Assembly (NCBI GenBank): GCA_963810095.1
Contig: CAWEMM010000006.1
Span: 416,001-480,000, forward strand
Direction of reading: 5' to 3'
DNA from: an uncultured Chloroflexia bacterium
GTDB taxonomy: Bacteria > Chloroflexota > Anaerolineae > CG2-30-64-16
Length of the DNA: 64,000 nt
The notes under the pieces were generated by a model that did no database searches, was not told the origin of the DNA, and was given only the letters and a program-made list of their open reading frames with translations. This document shows, piece after piece, positions 52,041 through 61,331 of this stretch (position 1 is the first letter of the stretch; each line of letters starts with the position of its first letter). Both the position numbers and the translations under genes were made by a program.

Positions 52041-52823
52041 ATGTTCGGCCAAGCCGTCGTCACCGAGTTCCTGAAGCTGCGCCGGTCCCGGATCACCTGG
52101 TTTTCGCTGCTCGCACTGTCGCTGGGGCCGCTCGGCGGCGCGCTCTTCATGTGGATCGTGCGCGAGCCGGGCCGCGCGGCGCAGCTGGGCCTGCTCGGCA
52201 CCAAGGCGAACCTCGCCGGTCTTGAGGCAACGTGGCCCGCGTACCTGGCGCTGCTAACGCTGTTTGTCGGGATCGGCGGGATGCTGCTGCTGTCCTTCAT
52301 CGTCGCTTACGTCTTCGGCCGGGAGTACGCCGAGGGCACCGCAAAGAACTTGCTCGCGCTGCCGGTGGCCCGCCCCTCGTTCGTGCTGGCGAAGTTTGTG
52401 GTCGCGGCGGCGTGGTGGCTGGCCCTCGTCGCGGCGGTCCTCGCGGAGGCATTCGTGATCGGGAGCGCGCTCGGGTTGCCTGACTTCGCGCCGGGCCTGG
52501 CCCTCAGCGCCGGGCGCAATGCGCTGCTGGCCGCAGGCATCCCGTACCTGCTCGTGCCCGTTGTCGCGTGGATCACCCTATTGGGGCGCGGCTACCTGGC
52601 CCCGCTCGGCTTCACGCTGGCGATGCTCGTGCTGGGTAACGTGTTCGCCCGGACGGGCTGGGCACCCTGGTTCCCCTGGTCGATTGGGGCGCTGCTGCTC
52701 GGCACCGTCGGTCAACCGGCGCAGACATTGCCGCCGGGCAGCTTCGTCGTGCTCGGGCTGACATTCATCGCAGGCATCGCGGCCACCATCTGGCAGTTCA
52801 ACTACGCCGACTGCAACCAGTAG
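52041..52823 (+). CDS. ABC-2 permease (BcrB-like)
   Basis: EFLKLRRS, VFGREY..GT.KNLL.LP, FPWS. Confidence 0.85.
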   Translation: MFGQAVVTEFLKLRRSRITWFSLLALSLGPLGGALFMWIVREPGRAAQLGLLGTKANLAGLEATWPAYLALLTLFVGIGGMLLLSFIVAYVFGREYAEGTAKNLLALPVARPSFVLAKFVVAAAWWLALVAAVLAEAFVIGSALGLPDFAPGLALSAGRNALLAAGIPYLLVPVVAWITLLGRGYLAPLGFTLAMLVLGNVFARTGWAPWFPWSIGALLLGTVGQPAQTLPPGSFVVLGLTFIAGIAATIWQFNYADCNQ

Positions 52824-53806
52824 GCTCGCGCCGCAGCAGATAGGGGGCCGCGTCAGATTACCAAGCAGCTCCGATTCCGGCCTTTCTCTGCCCAACCAGG
52901 CCGCGCCGCCAACCTTCCAACTTACTCCAGCCTTAGCCCAAGACATCATGTCTCGATTGAAGGCCGACTGCGAACACGGATCGAGCGAATGACACCACGT
53001 TCTATCAGAAAGGTTGGCGTAGGTCGGCGGAAGCGGCTGACGTGCGCCATCCGGATGGGCTGTGGCGGGATGGCGAGAGGTGCATTGCCTTGTCGAGCAG
53101 TATCGTGGCGCACTGCCGGGGGCTGCGTGTTCAAACCCGCGCTGAACACGTCACCTGCCGCACAATGGCAATCGCTGCATGACAGCCATAAATGAGTCGG
53201 ACAAAAGCCCTGCTGTGCCATCAAGTTTTGATGGGGTCAGGCGGGGCTGTTGCGGCCACGCGATTGATCGGAGTTGAGATCTGGCGGCGCGGGGCGCTGC
53301 TGTCGATGACAAGGCGTGGGCCGTCAAGTGCGATGGCATGCGTCGAGCGGCTGCACCGGGTGCGACTGTGATGGCGCAATCAGGCCGGTCGCGTTGAAGC
53401 CCATCCTGCTGGTCGCCGGGCGGCCGCAGGGGTATGCGGTGGTCGAGCTAAATGAGCTACACGCCAGGCAGCGCGATTACGAATCGCCTAGCTGACCCGC
53501 GTGCCGCGACGGCGCGCGTCGGCTTTGGCGACGTTGTTTGCAACAACGGCCGTCGCTGGCAGCCGCTAAGATTGCGGCGTCGAGCCGCGCACGGATCGCA
53601 GGCGTGCCGGGCAAAAGTCGGGCAGCGAACTGAGCCGCTGGGATCGGAAATCTAGACGAGGTCGATGTTTTGGCAGAGTTGGTGCACAATGCGGACGATG
53701 GCTGCGAGTACTCGCTCTTGCGGTCTGGCCGTCGCTCCGATATAATCATGACGCTAAGCCAGCAAAATACAGCAAGGAATTCGCAAAATTCCTAAAATTC
53801 AAAGGC

Positions 53807-53867
53807 GACAGCGTTACACCATATATGGGCATTTTCAAAGGCAGGCATACTACCGGTAGTAGAAAAA
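53807..53867. repeat. Right internal inverted repeat of the island
   Basis: gacagcgttacaccatatatggg...atactaccggtagtag, mirror of 37682-37740. Confidence 0.85.
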
Positions 53868-53941
53868 GCCCCCGTAGCTCAGGTGGATAGAGCGAGGCAC
53901 TCCTAACGCCTAGGCCGAGCGTTCGAGTCGCTCCGGGGGTA
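53868..53941 (+). tRNA. tRNA-Arg(CCT), right copy (attR)
   Basis: Identical to 37606-37679. Confidence 0.92.
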
Positions 53942-53951
53942 CTGGTTCGAT

Positions 53952-53989
53952 AAGGGGGGGACCGCGGGGTGCGCGGTCACCCCCTTTTT
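53952..53989. terminator. Intrinsic terminator downstream of the tRNA (probably bidirectional)
   Basis: aagggggggaccgc-gggg-tgcgcggtcacccccttttt hairpin plus U tract. Confidence 0.7.
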
Positions 53990-53991
53990 CC

Positions 53992-55815
53992 TCACGGAGC
54001 ACCCTTCGTCAGCCCGAACTCGAACTCGCCCACCCGGTTGGAGGGCGTGGATTGTGCGCCGGCACACCCGTTGCGGGGCTGGACGAGGTACGCGTTATTG
54101 ACGCTGGTATCGCCCAGGACCGCCTGGGTGAAGCTTGTCCCCGTCACCGTCACGCAGCCCGCGCCCGAGCACCCGGCGCCCGCGCTGAAGTACGGCGCAC
54201 CGCTCCACCACACGTCATACGCCGCCGCCCCCGGCTTTTTCCCCCACGTGAGCTTCACGTTGCTGGCGCTGAGCTTTGCAATGGCTAAATCGGTGATGGT
54301 CCCGGGCGCCGTCACGCCCAGGCACGCCGCACCGTATGCGGCGTAGGCGTCGATGCGCCCCCACCCGTAGACGTTGTTCGGCACTGATGTCCTGGTATCG
54401 CTGCCGCACGTCTGCGCGGACGTCTTCGGGACCGCCGACTGCTCGATCAGCGAGCGAATGGTGTCGACCTCGCCCCGAAGATCCGGGTTTGCGGAGAGCA
54501 GGAGCGCCACCAGCCCCGCGACGTGCGGCCCCGCCATGCTCGTGCCGTTCATGGCTGTGTAACTGTTGTTGTCGGTGTAGTAGCTTGAGCGGACGCCGGA
54601 CCCGGGCGCCGAGATGTTCGGCTTCATCCGGTTGCTGCCATCAACGGTGACCGGCCCGCGGCTGCTGTAGCTGGCGATGTCGTCGTTCGTCGTATTCGTC
54701 GTCGCGCCGACCGTGAACGACTCCGCGTAGATGGCGGCCGGTTCGCTCACGCTGCTGCACGCTGAGCCGGAATTCCCTGCCGAGTGCACGGTGACAATGC
54801 CGGCTGCCTTGACGTTCTGTACGACGGTCAGCAGCGCGCCCGGGCTGGTGCAGCCCTCACTGGATGGGCAGCCCCACGAGTTGTTGATCACGTCGGGCGC
54901 CTTCGACGAGTCGGGGGCCGTCCCGTCGACCTTAGTCGGCGCGATGAACCACTGGTAGCACTCGGAATACGTCGTGGGCGTTCCAGCGCCTGCATTCATG
55001 TTGCGGCAGCCGATCCACTTCGCTCCCGGCGCCATGCCCACCTGGTTGCCTGCGCCGTCATCGCCTACCATCGTGCCCATCGTATGCGTGCCATGCCCCT
55101 GGTCGTCGCACGGAACCGGGGAGTTCGCGCCACAGCTTGAACCGGTGGCATGGATCGCATCGTGCCAGTTGTAATCGTGATTCGCAATGCCGGTCGAATT
55201 GTCCCAGCCTCGGTACTTACCCTTCAGCGCGTTGTGGGTCCAAAGGTAACCCGTGTCCTGCCCGGCGATCACTGCCCCCGTGCCGTTTGCACCCGCCGTC
55301 CACACCTGGGGCGCGTTCACTTTCGTGATGTTCCACTCGACCGCGTTGGGTTGCAACGTGTCGATCGGGCCCGGGGCTACGGCCGGCTCCGCCAGCTTCA
55401 CGGTGGGGTTGGCGTAGATATGACCAACGTCTGTCCGTTCTGCCAACGCCTGCACTACGTCCATCCCGGCGCGCACCCAGATCATGTTGGCGACCCAGAA
55501 CGGCTGATACGCGACGCCCATCTGCTGCAGGCGTTGCCGCAGGGGCCCCTGGGTCTGCTCCGCGTGCGTGCTGAGGATGCGATAGACGAATGCGCCCTTT
55601 TCGGCTTTCGTCCGCAGGGCGGCTGCGGGGCGTACGTCGGCCTGGTCGGCCAGGAAGACGAGAAACTCGGTAGGACCCTGGGCGGCCGTCTGCAGCACCC
55701 ACGGGTCGACCTTGGCCTGCCAGGGCGAATCGGTGGGAGCGAGCGGAGCAGCAGCCACGCCCGAGACGCTGACGACCAGGAGGAAAGAGAGTACGAGCAA
55801 GGCAAACCGAGACAT
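53992..55815 (-). CDS. Secreted S8 serine peptidase (bacillopeptidase F-like)
   Basis: DTG, HGTHTMG, NNSWG, SAGN, GTSMAGPHVAG; signal peptide from MSRFALL. Confidence 0.93.
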   Translation of the reverse strand: MSRFALLVLSFLLVVSVSGVAAAPLAPTDSPWQAKVDPWVLQTAAQGPTEFLVFLADQADVRPAAALRTKAEKGAFVYRILSTHAEQTQGPLRQRLQQMGVAYQPFWVANMIWVRAGMDVVQALAERTDVGHIYANPTVKLAEPAVAPGPIDTLQPNAVEWNITKVNAPQVWTAGANGTGAVIAGQDTGYLWTHNALKGKYRGWDNSTGIANHDYNWHDAIHATGSSCGANSPVPCDDQGHGTHTMGTMVGDDGAGNQVGMAPGAKWIGCRNMNAGAGTPTTYSECYQWFIAPTKVDGTAPDSSKAPDVINNSWGCPSSEGCTSPGALLTVVQNVKAAGIVTVHSAGNSGSACSSVSEPAAIYAESFTVGATTNTTNDDIASYSSRGPVTVDGSNRMKPNISAPGSGVRSSYYTDNNSYTAMNGTSMAGPHVAGLVALLLSANPDLRGEVDTIRSLIEQSAVPKTSAQTCGSDTRTSVPNNVYGWGRIDAYAAYGAACLGVTAPGTITDLAIAKLSASNVKLTWGKKPGAAAYDVWWSGAPYFSAGAGCSGAGCVTVTGTSFTQAVLGDTSVNNAYLVQPRNGCAGAQSTPSNRVGEFEFGLTKGAP

Positions 55816-55973
55816 GCGTCCTCCTATGGCGAATGGAGTGCCGAGTGGTGGCGTGTAAGGCGATGGCATGCAGAGAGGGCGCGCAGAGGCGCTGCGTGCA
55901 CACGCCGCTGCGTGCCGGGCGACGACGGGCGCCGGCTGCTGGGGCCGGCGTCCGGACTGCAGGCCAGACGAGG

Positions 55974-56384
55974 CTAGAATGTCGCGAGCGCGGCGTCCAC
56001 AGTCGGATAGATGTCCAGCGCCTCGTTCAAGCCCACCTTCTCGAGGGTCGATGCGACGCGCGCCTGCGGATTGACCAGCTTCAGGCACTCACGCGCCTTG
56101 TCGCCCGAGCCGCCCTTCAGGGCCCGGATGGCCCCCCAACCGTCCTCGGGGCTGGGCGGGCGCTGCCCCTGCATGAGCAAAGCCATGCTGTGGATCGCTA
56201 CGAGACCGGAGCTGCTGACAAACTCGGTCTGCGAAAGATCGAAGATCAGGCCGCGCGTGCCGCCCTTATAGAGCTGGTCGACGCGTTCGATCACCTGCAG
56301 GTAATTCGACGCATCCAGGTCGCCCGGCAGCGAGATGACGGTGACTTGGGGCTTGTTGGGGGCCGGAGTGACAGTGAGTTCCAT
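55974..56384 (-). CDS. STAS anti-sigma factor antagonist
   Basis: GDLDAS, DLSQTEFVSSSGL. Confidence 0.88.
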   Translation of the reverse strand: MELTVTPAPNKPQVTVISLPGDLDASNYLQVIERVDQLYKGGTRGLIFDLSQTEFVSSSGLVAIHSMALLMQGQRPPSPEDGWGAIRALKGGSGDKARECLKLVNPQARVASTLEKVGLNEALDIYPTVDAALATF

Positions 56385-56386
56385 GA

Positions 56387-56845
56387 TCAGTCCTCCTGTG
56401 GTGCGGGTGGTCCATCAATCGAGAGCACGAGCTCGTTCCAACCGTCCGGTGTCCGCCGGTAACGGAAATCGTCCATCGTCTTGCGGATCAGGAAGATGCC
56501 GAGCCCTCCTGGGCCGCGCTCGGTGAGCGGAGGCAGCTCGTCGACCACGGGGGTCGCCGTAGGATCGAACGGAGGCGCCTGGTCGCGCAGAAAGACCGAA
56601 AGTCGAGGCGCCCGGTAGACGACCTGGATCTCGATGACCGCCGCCGGGCCCGGGCCCTCTTTGTAGCCGTGCATCACGATGTTCGTAGCAGCCTCGTCGA
56701 CGGCCAGCACCAAGTCGTCAAGGCGTTGACCCACAAAGCCGGCGGGCCGAGCGTGTTCTTCAACGAAACGGCGGATCACGCGCAGGTTCTCGGGCGCGGC
56801 AGGTACCCTGAGAAAAGCTCCCGCAGGCTCGCTCGTCCCTGTCAC
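56387..56845 (-). CDS. Anti-sigma factor Ser/Thr kinase (RsbW-like)
   Basis: LAVDEAATNIVMHGY, DQAPPFDP, GGLGIFLI. Confidence 0.9.
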   Translation of the reverse strand: MTGTSEPAGAFLRVPAAPENLRVIRRFVEEHARPAGFVGQRLDDLVLAVDEAATNIVMHGYKEGPGPAAVIEIQVVYRAPRLSVFLRDQAPPFDPTATPVVDELPPLTERGPGGLGIFLIRKTMDDFRYRRTPDGWNELVLSIDGPPAPQED

Positions 56846-58116
56846 CCGCTTGATCCTTCCCGCACGCCGGGGTCGCTCTCCGGCAGGCGCCTGGTGCACA
56901 GCACCGTGATGTCATCCTGCTGGGGCAGGCCGTCGCCGTGAGTGGCGACAGCAGCCATCACGCTATCACACATCGTCTGCGCCGGCCAGTCGCGCGCCCT
57001 GAGCACGAGATCGGCCAGGCGCTCTTCGCCGAAGAAGGCGCGACTCGTGCTGCGTGTCTCGATCACGCCGTCGGTATACATGACCAGTGCGCCGCCAGGG
57101 GGCACGGTCAAGTTGTCCTCGCTCAGGATGACGTCGTCGAATAACCCCAACAGGCGCCCGCGACCGATATCCGCGAGATAGGGCGCAGTGCCCGGCAGCG
57201 ACAGCACCGGCGGCTCGTGCCCCGCCCGCGAGTAGACAAAATGACCGGTAGAGAGGTTCAGAATCCCATACAGGACGGTCACGAACATGCGCCGGCTGCC
57301 CAGCTTAAGGAGCTCACGGTTGACGGCTCGCAGCACCTCACCGGGAGAACCGCTGCGACAGGCTTCTGCGCGCAACAGCGCGACGGTGATCGCCATGATC
57401 AGCGCAGCCGGCATGCCGTGGCCCGAAACGTCGCCCACGGCTATGCCCAATTCGCCGTCGTCCAATCCGATGAAATCGTAGAAGTCGCCCCCGACCTGGC
57501 TCATGGGCAGCAGCCGGGCGCCGAAATCGAAGCCGGGATAGGTGGGGAGCGCAGCGGGCAGCAAGCTCATTTGGATGTCGCGCGCCAGGGCCAGCTCGTG
57601 TTCGAGCTTCTGCTTCTCGACCAGCTCGGCTTGCGCGGCGTGCAGCTGGTCGAGGGCCGCCTGCAGCGCCCGATTCCGCTCCTCCAGGCGCCGGATTTGC
57701 CCCACGTTCGCCTGCTCCAGCCGCTCGCCCAGCACACGCGCCAACTGGTAGCCCAGTATGGGCTGGCGCTGCAGCAAGGCGTCGAACTGCTCGCGCGTCA
57801 CCACCAGCACTTCGGCATCGTTCAAGGCCCGGCCGCTGGCCGACCGCACCCCGTTGGGGTGCAGGAGACTCATCTCCCCGATGTATTCGCCCGGCCCGCG
57901 CACCGAGAGAACCTGCTCGGCGCCGTCCGCAAGCGCCTTGTAGATCTCGAACTCGCCCTGTAGGATGATGTAGAAGACGTTGCCCGGCTCGCCCTCTTCG
58001 AAGAGCACGGTGCCCGCAAGAATGTCCTCGGCCCGCAGCGTTTCGGCCAGCCAGCGGAGGTGACGCGGTGGCAGGGTGGAGAAGAATGGGACGCGGCGAA
58101 GCATCTCTTCCAGCAC
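56842..58116 (-). CDS. cNMP-binding + PP2C (SpoIIE/RsbU) phosphatase
   Basis: GEMSLL..RSAS cNMP domain; VGGDFYD, DVSGHG, YTDG, DDIT. Confidence 0.92.
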   Translation of the reverse strand: MLEEMLRRVPFFSTLPPRHLRWLAETLRAEDILAGTVLFEEGEPGNVFYIILQGEFEIYKALADGAEQVLSVRGPGEYIGEMSLLHPNGVRSASGRALNDAEVLVVTREQFDALLQRQPILGYQLARVLGERLEQANVGQIRRLEERNRALQAALDQLHAAQAELVEKQKLEHELALARDIQMSLLPAALPTYPGFDFGARLLPMSQVGGDFYDFIGLDDGELGIAVGDVSGHGMPAALIMAITVALLRAEACRSGSPGEVLRAVNRELLKLGSRRMFVTVLYGILNLSTGHFVYSRAGHEPPVLSLPGTAPYLADIGRGRLLGLFDDVILSEDNLTVPPGGALVMYTDGVIETRSTSRAFFGEERLADLVLRARDWPAQTMCDSVMAAVATHGDGLPQQDDITVLCTRRLPESDPGVREGSSG

Positions 58117-58371
58117 GTTGGCTTCCTGGCAGTCTGTGATCTTTGTGTGTCCGGAATAATCTTACTGTGGATTGGAAACCGCTGCAAGTCGATTGAAGAA
58201 GGGTGGGCGGGAGCCGGTGGGGTGCGGACCAGAGGCATCTGAGCGAGCATGGAAAGTGATTTGACGCTGCTTCGGAGCAATGGTAATGTTTGCCGCGGTA
58301 CCCCAACCAGAACGCCATGATCGGCAATCCGCTCGGAGACAACTCCGGCCTGATGATAGTAGGAGGCAAAG

Positions 58372-59124
58372 ATGATCAAGCTCGTGCTGCTGCGCCACGG
58401 CGAGAGCACCTGGAACAAGGAAAACCTGTATACCGGGTGGACCGATGTCGACCTGTCGGAGAAGGGGCTGGCCGAGGCGCACGAAGCCGGCCGGCTGATG
58501 AAGGCCGAAGGGTTCACGTTCGACCTGGCCTACACGTCCGTCCTCAAACGAGCAATCCGCACCCTCTGGATCGCGCTGGACGAAATGGACCAGATGTGGC
58601 TGCCGATCACAAACACGTGGCGGCTCAACGAGCGCCACTACGGCGCGCTCCAGGGGCTGAACAAGGCGCAGACCGCCGAGCAGTACGGGGATAAGCAGGT
58701 TAAGCTGTGGCGTCGCTCGTACGACGTGCCGCCGCCGTCGCTCACCCGCGACGACCCGCGCTGGCCGGGCCACGACCCGCGCTACGCCAACGTGGACCCC
58801 GACGAGCTGCCGCTGGCCGAATGCCTGAAGGACACGGTCGCGCGGTTCCTGCCTTGGTGGCACCAGGAAGCAGTGCCCACACTCCGATCGGGCAAGCGCG
58901 TCATTATTGCGGCCCACGGCAACAGCCTGCGGGCCCTGGTCAAATACCTGGACAACATCTCCGATGACGAGATTGTCGAGCTGAACATCCCGACGGGGGT
59001 TCCCCTGGTGTACGAGCTCGACGATGAGTTGAAGCCGATCCGGCACTATTACCTGGGGGATGCGGAGGCGGTTGCCAAGGCCGCCGCGGCAGTAGCCGCG
59101 CAAGGGACGGCTAAGAAAGAATAG
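58372..59124 (+). CDS. gpmA: 2,3-BPG-dependent phosphoglycerate mutase
   Basis: [26 protein letters not shown]. Confidence 0.96.
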   Translation: MIKLVLLRHGESTWNKENLYTGWTDVDLSEKGLAEAHEAGRLMKAEGFTFDLAYTSVLKRAIRTLWIALDEMDQMWLPITNTWRLNERHYGALQGLNKAQTAEQYGDKQVKLWRRSYDVPPPSLTRDDPRWPGHDPRYANVDPDELPLAECLKDTVARFLPWWHQEAVPTLRSGKRVIIAAHGNSLRALVKYLDNISDDEIVELNIPTGVPLVYELDDELKPIRHYYLGDAEAVAKAAAAVAAQGTAKKE

Positions 59125-59221
59125 GGCGTGGATGATGCAGATGAGGTGGATCGGCAAGACTTCCAGGAGCTACCCTGCCCATCTACCTCACCGGCGGAAA
59201 TCAGCGTGCTACTGATCAAAT

Positions 59222-59307
59222 ATGGGACACTGATGCAACTGATTGAACTGATCTGCACTCTCTTTTGGGTGATAATCAGTCCGATCCGTTCAATCAGTGT
59301 CCTATTT
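59222..59307. repeat. Long CTGAT-type palindromic repeat, copy 5
   Basis: atgggacactgatgcaactgattgaactgat...atcagtccgatccgttcaatcagtgtcctat. Confidence 0.8.
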
Positions 59308-59345
59308 CATGCCTCGTTATCCGGCCACCCGGCGTGGATGGCTAA

Positions 59346-59636
59346 TCAGTCCAGAATGAGGATGCTGTTGTCCTGACCGAAGCCGGAAGGCTCGTAGCCA
59401 TCCGCGGCCGGATCGTTGAGCCACTGATCGCCCTCGACGACGTAACGGAAACGGTAGGTGCCCGGCGCTAAACGGATCGCCTTGGTCCATACGCCATCCT
59501 TCCGCCGCTTCATCGCCCCATTCGCGGGTTCCCAGTTATTGAAGTCCCCCACGACTGACACAGCCTCAGCCTGAACACCGGGCAGCTCAAAGGTCACGGA
59601 CCGCTTGCTGCTGTTCGCAATCGCTTCTTTCTTCAC
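59346..59636 (-). CDS. CBM48 / isoamylase early-set domain protein
   Basis: VSVVGDFNNW, YRFRYVVEG.QW.NDP. Confidence 0.88.
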   Translation of the reverse strand: MKKEAIANSSKRSVTFELPGVQAEAVSVVGDFNNWEPANGAMKRRKDGVWTKAIRLAPGTYRFRYVVEGDQWLNDPAADGYEPSGFGQDNSILILD

Positions 59637-59867
59637 AGATCTGATCCTCTCCTGTCAATGACAGTAACTTCGCCGTCACCACGCGCAACGGCAACTTCGT
59701 TAGAATGCACCTTTAAATACACGATGAAGCTTGACTGTGTCAAATCAAGAGGTGCTGACACCCCTGCGGCAACGCGGCCGGATTCGCTAAACCCTTGCGC
59801 ATCGGGGCACTTCTCGCTATAATGCTCAGGTGCTGCGCTTGACGGGAATGGGGGCATCGTTTCTGCC

Positions 59868-60656
59868 GTGGGCCTGAGTGACGAGGTCGTGGCTTATCGC
59901 TGGGAAAGTGGTATGCTGCGGGAAAGGACCACGGCCGTCGTGCGTGAAGCGCGCATCCGCCTCCACGTGAACGGCGCAGAATGGCTTAACTTGCTGGCGA
60001 CACCGCAAGAGCTCGATGCCCTTGCGGTCGGGTTCCTGGCCGGCGAGGGCATCATTCGTGGGCCGGCAGACGTGCGGCGAGTGGTAGTCTGTCCGAGCCA
60101 GACCTGCGTGGAAGTGTGGTTGATGGACGCGGCCGTGGAGCGGCCGTCACGGTCAACTGTAACGAGTGGATGTGGGGGCGGGATCACCTTTACGGACCTA
60201 TCTGCCGAGCGGGCGCCGGTGGCGGCGGATGCCAGGGTCACGGCCCGCCAGCTCGGGGCGCTGATGCACAAATTGCAGGAACGCCAGCAGACGCGGGGGA
60301 TCCACACTGCGGCGCTCGCCGACCCGGACGGCCTACTGCTCGTCACCGAAGATATCGGGCGGCACAACACCCTGGACAAGCTTTACGGGCGCTGCTTGCT
60401 AGCCGGCATCGAAACCGCAGGACGGATCTTGCTGGCGACAGGTCGCATCAGCGCCGAAATGCTCAGCAAGGCGGCGCGCATGCAGACGCCCGTCGTCGCA
60501 AGTCGCAGTTCGCCGACAACGCTCTCAGTGGCTCTTGCTACGGCCTGGAACTTAACACTCGTGGGTTACGTGCGCCGCGATAGCCTGAACGTCTACACGG
60601 GCGCATCGCGCGTACTCAAGGATGCCGAGGAGGTGGGGATCAATGCACAATCGTGA
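59868..60656 (+). CDS. fdhD: Formate dehydrogenase accessory sulfurtransferase
   Basis: TSGCG, HTAAL, EDIGRHNTLDK, TGRIS.EM. Confidence 0.88.
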   Translation: MGLSDEVVAYRWESGMLRERTTAVVREARIRLHVNGAEWLNLLATPQELDALAVGFLAGEGIIRGPADVRRVVVCPSQTCVEVWLMDAAVERPSRSTVTSGCGGGITFTDLSAERAPVAADARVTARQLGALMHKLQERQQTRGIHTAALADPDGLLLVTEDIGRHNTLDKLYGRCLLAGIETAGRILLATGRISAEMLSKAARMQTPVVASRSSPTTLSVALATAWNLTLVGYVRRDSLNVYTGASRVLKDAEEVGINAQS

Positions 60657-61134
60657 CGACGCCTGGATAGCCCTTGATCGTGGCTTCAAAGCGTTCATGG
60701 ACTCTCTGGGCCACCTCACCGAAGAAGAGTTGACCGCCGCTGACGTGGTCGGAAAATGGTCGGCCAAGGATGTAGTGGCCCACGTGTGGTCGTGGGTCGA
60801 CGAAGCGGTGCAGACGGCCAAGGCATGGCAGAGTCGCCGGCCGTGGCAAGAGGGCGCCAGCTACGACGACGCCTGGAACGAGAAGCAGGTTCAATCCCGA
60901 GCGGCGCTGCCCTTGATCACGGTGGTCGACGGCTTGACGGGCGCCCACCGGCGCCTCGTGCACATGCTCGACCTGGCAGAAGACGATGCCCTGGGACAGG
61001 TTGCGCAGGTGCCGTGGGAAAAGGAAGGGATGAGCCTCGTCGAGTTCTACTGGTCGATGGCGGGGCATTACCAGGAACACGCAGCAGACCTGAAGAACTA
61101 CCAGGAACGTTGCCTCGAAGGGTGCGACGACTGA
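60643..61134 (+). CDS. DinB/DfsB-like four-helix bundle protein
   Basis: WSAKDVVAH, HYQEH. Confidence 0.8.
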   Translation: MHNRDDAWIALDRGFKAFMDSLGHLTEEELTAADVVGKWSAKDVVAHVWSWVDEAVQTAKAWQSRRPWQEGASYDDAWNEKQVQSRAALPLITVVDGLTGAHRRLVHMLDLAEDDALGQVAQVPWEKEGMSLVEFYWSMAGHYQEHAADLKNYQERCLEGCDD

Positions 61135-61331
61135 CACGCTGCGGTTCGCCGCGCTTTCCAACGCAATCGGTAAGCCGGTCCAAGGGGCCGGCTTTTTCTT
61201 TTGAGCCTCCCGGGGCGCGCGCCGGTCGTCTCGCCCCGGCGCGCGCCCTTACTGGGAAACGTGTTACAGACCCGGGCGCCGGAATGTGGTAAGTGGTCTT
61301 GGATGGTACGAACCGCAGCCGCGAGGAGCTT

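Larger units (their letters stand above)
37606..53943. mobile_element. tRNA-Arg-targeted integrative element / genomic island (~16.3 kb)
   Basis: 76 bp perfect direct repeat (37606-37681 = 53868-53943), adjacent tyrosine recombinase, inverted end sequences, mosaic cargo with long non-coding gaps. Confidence 0.92.

Noticed and set aside
52830-53800. Protein-coding genes in the right end of the island
   Set aside because: Only short ORFs without RBS or motifs; this looks like decayed sequence.
37606-53943. Prophage, ICE or defence island
   Set aside because: No structural, conjugation, replication or recognisable defence genes; the cargo is small metabolic, detoxification and transport genes.
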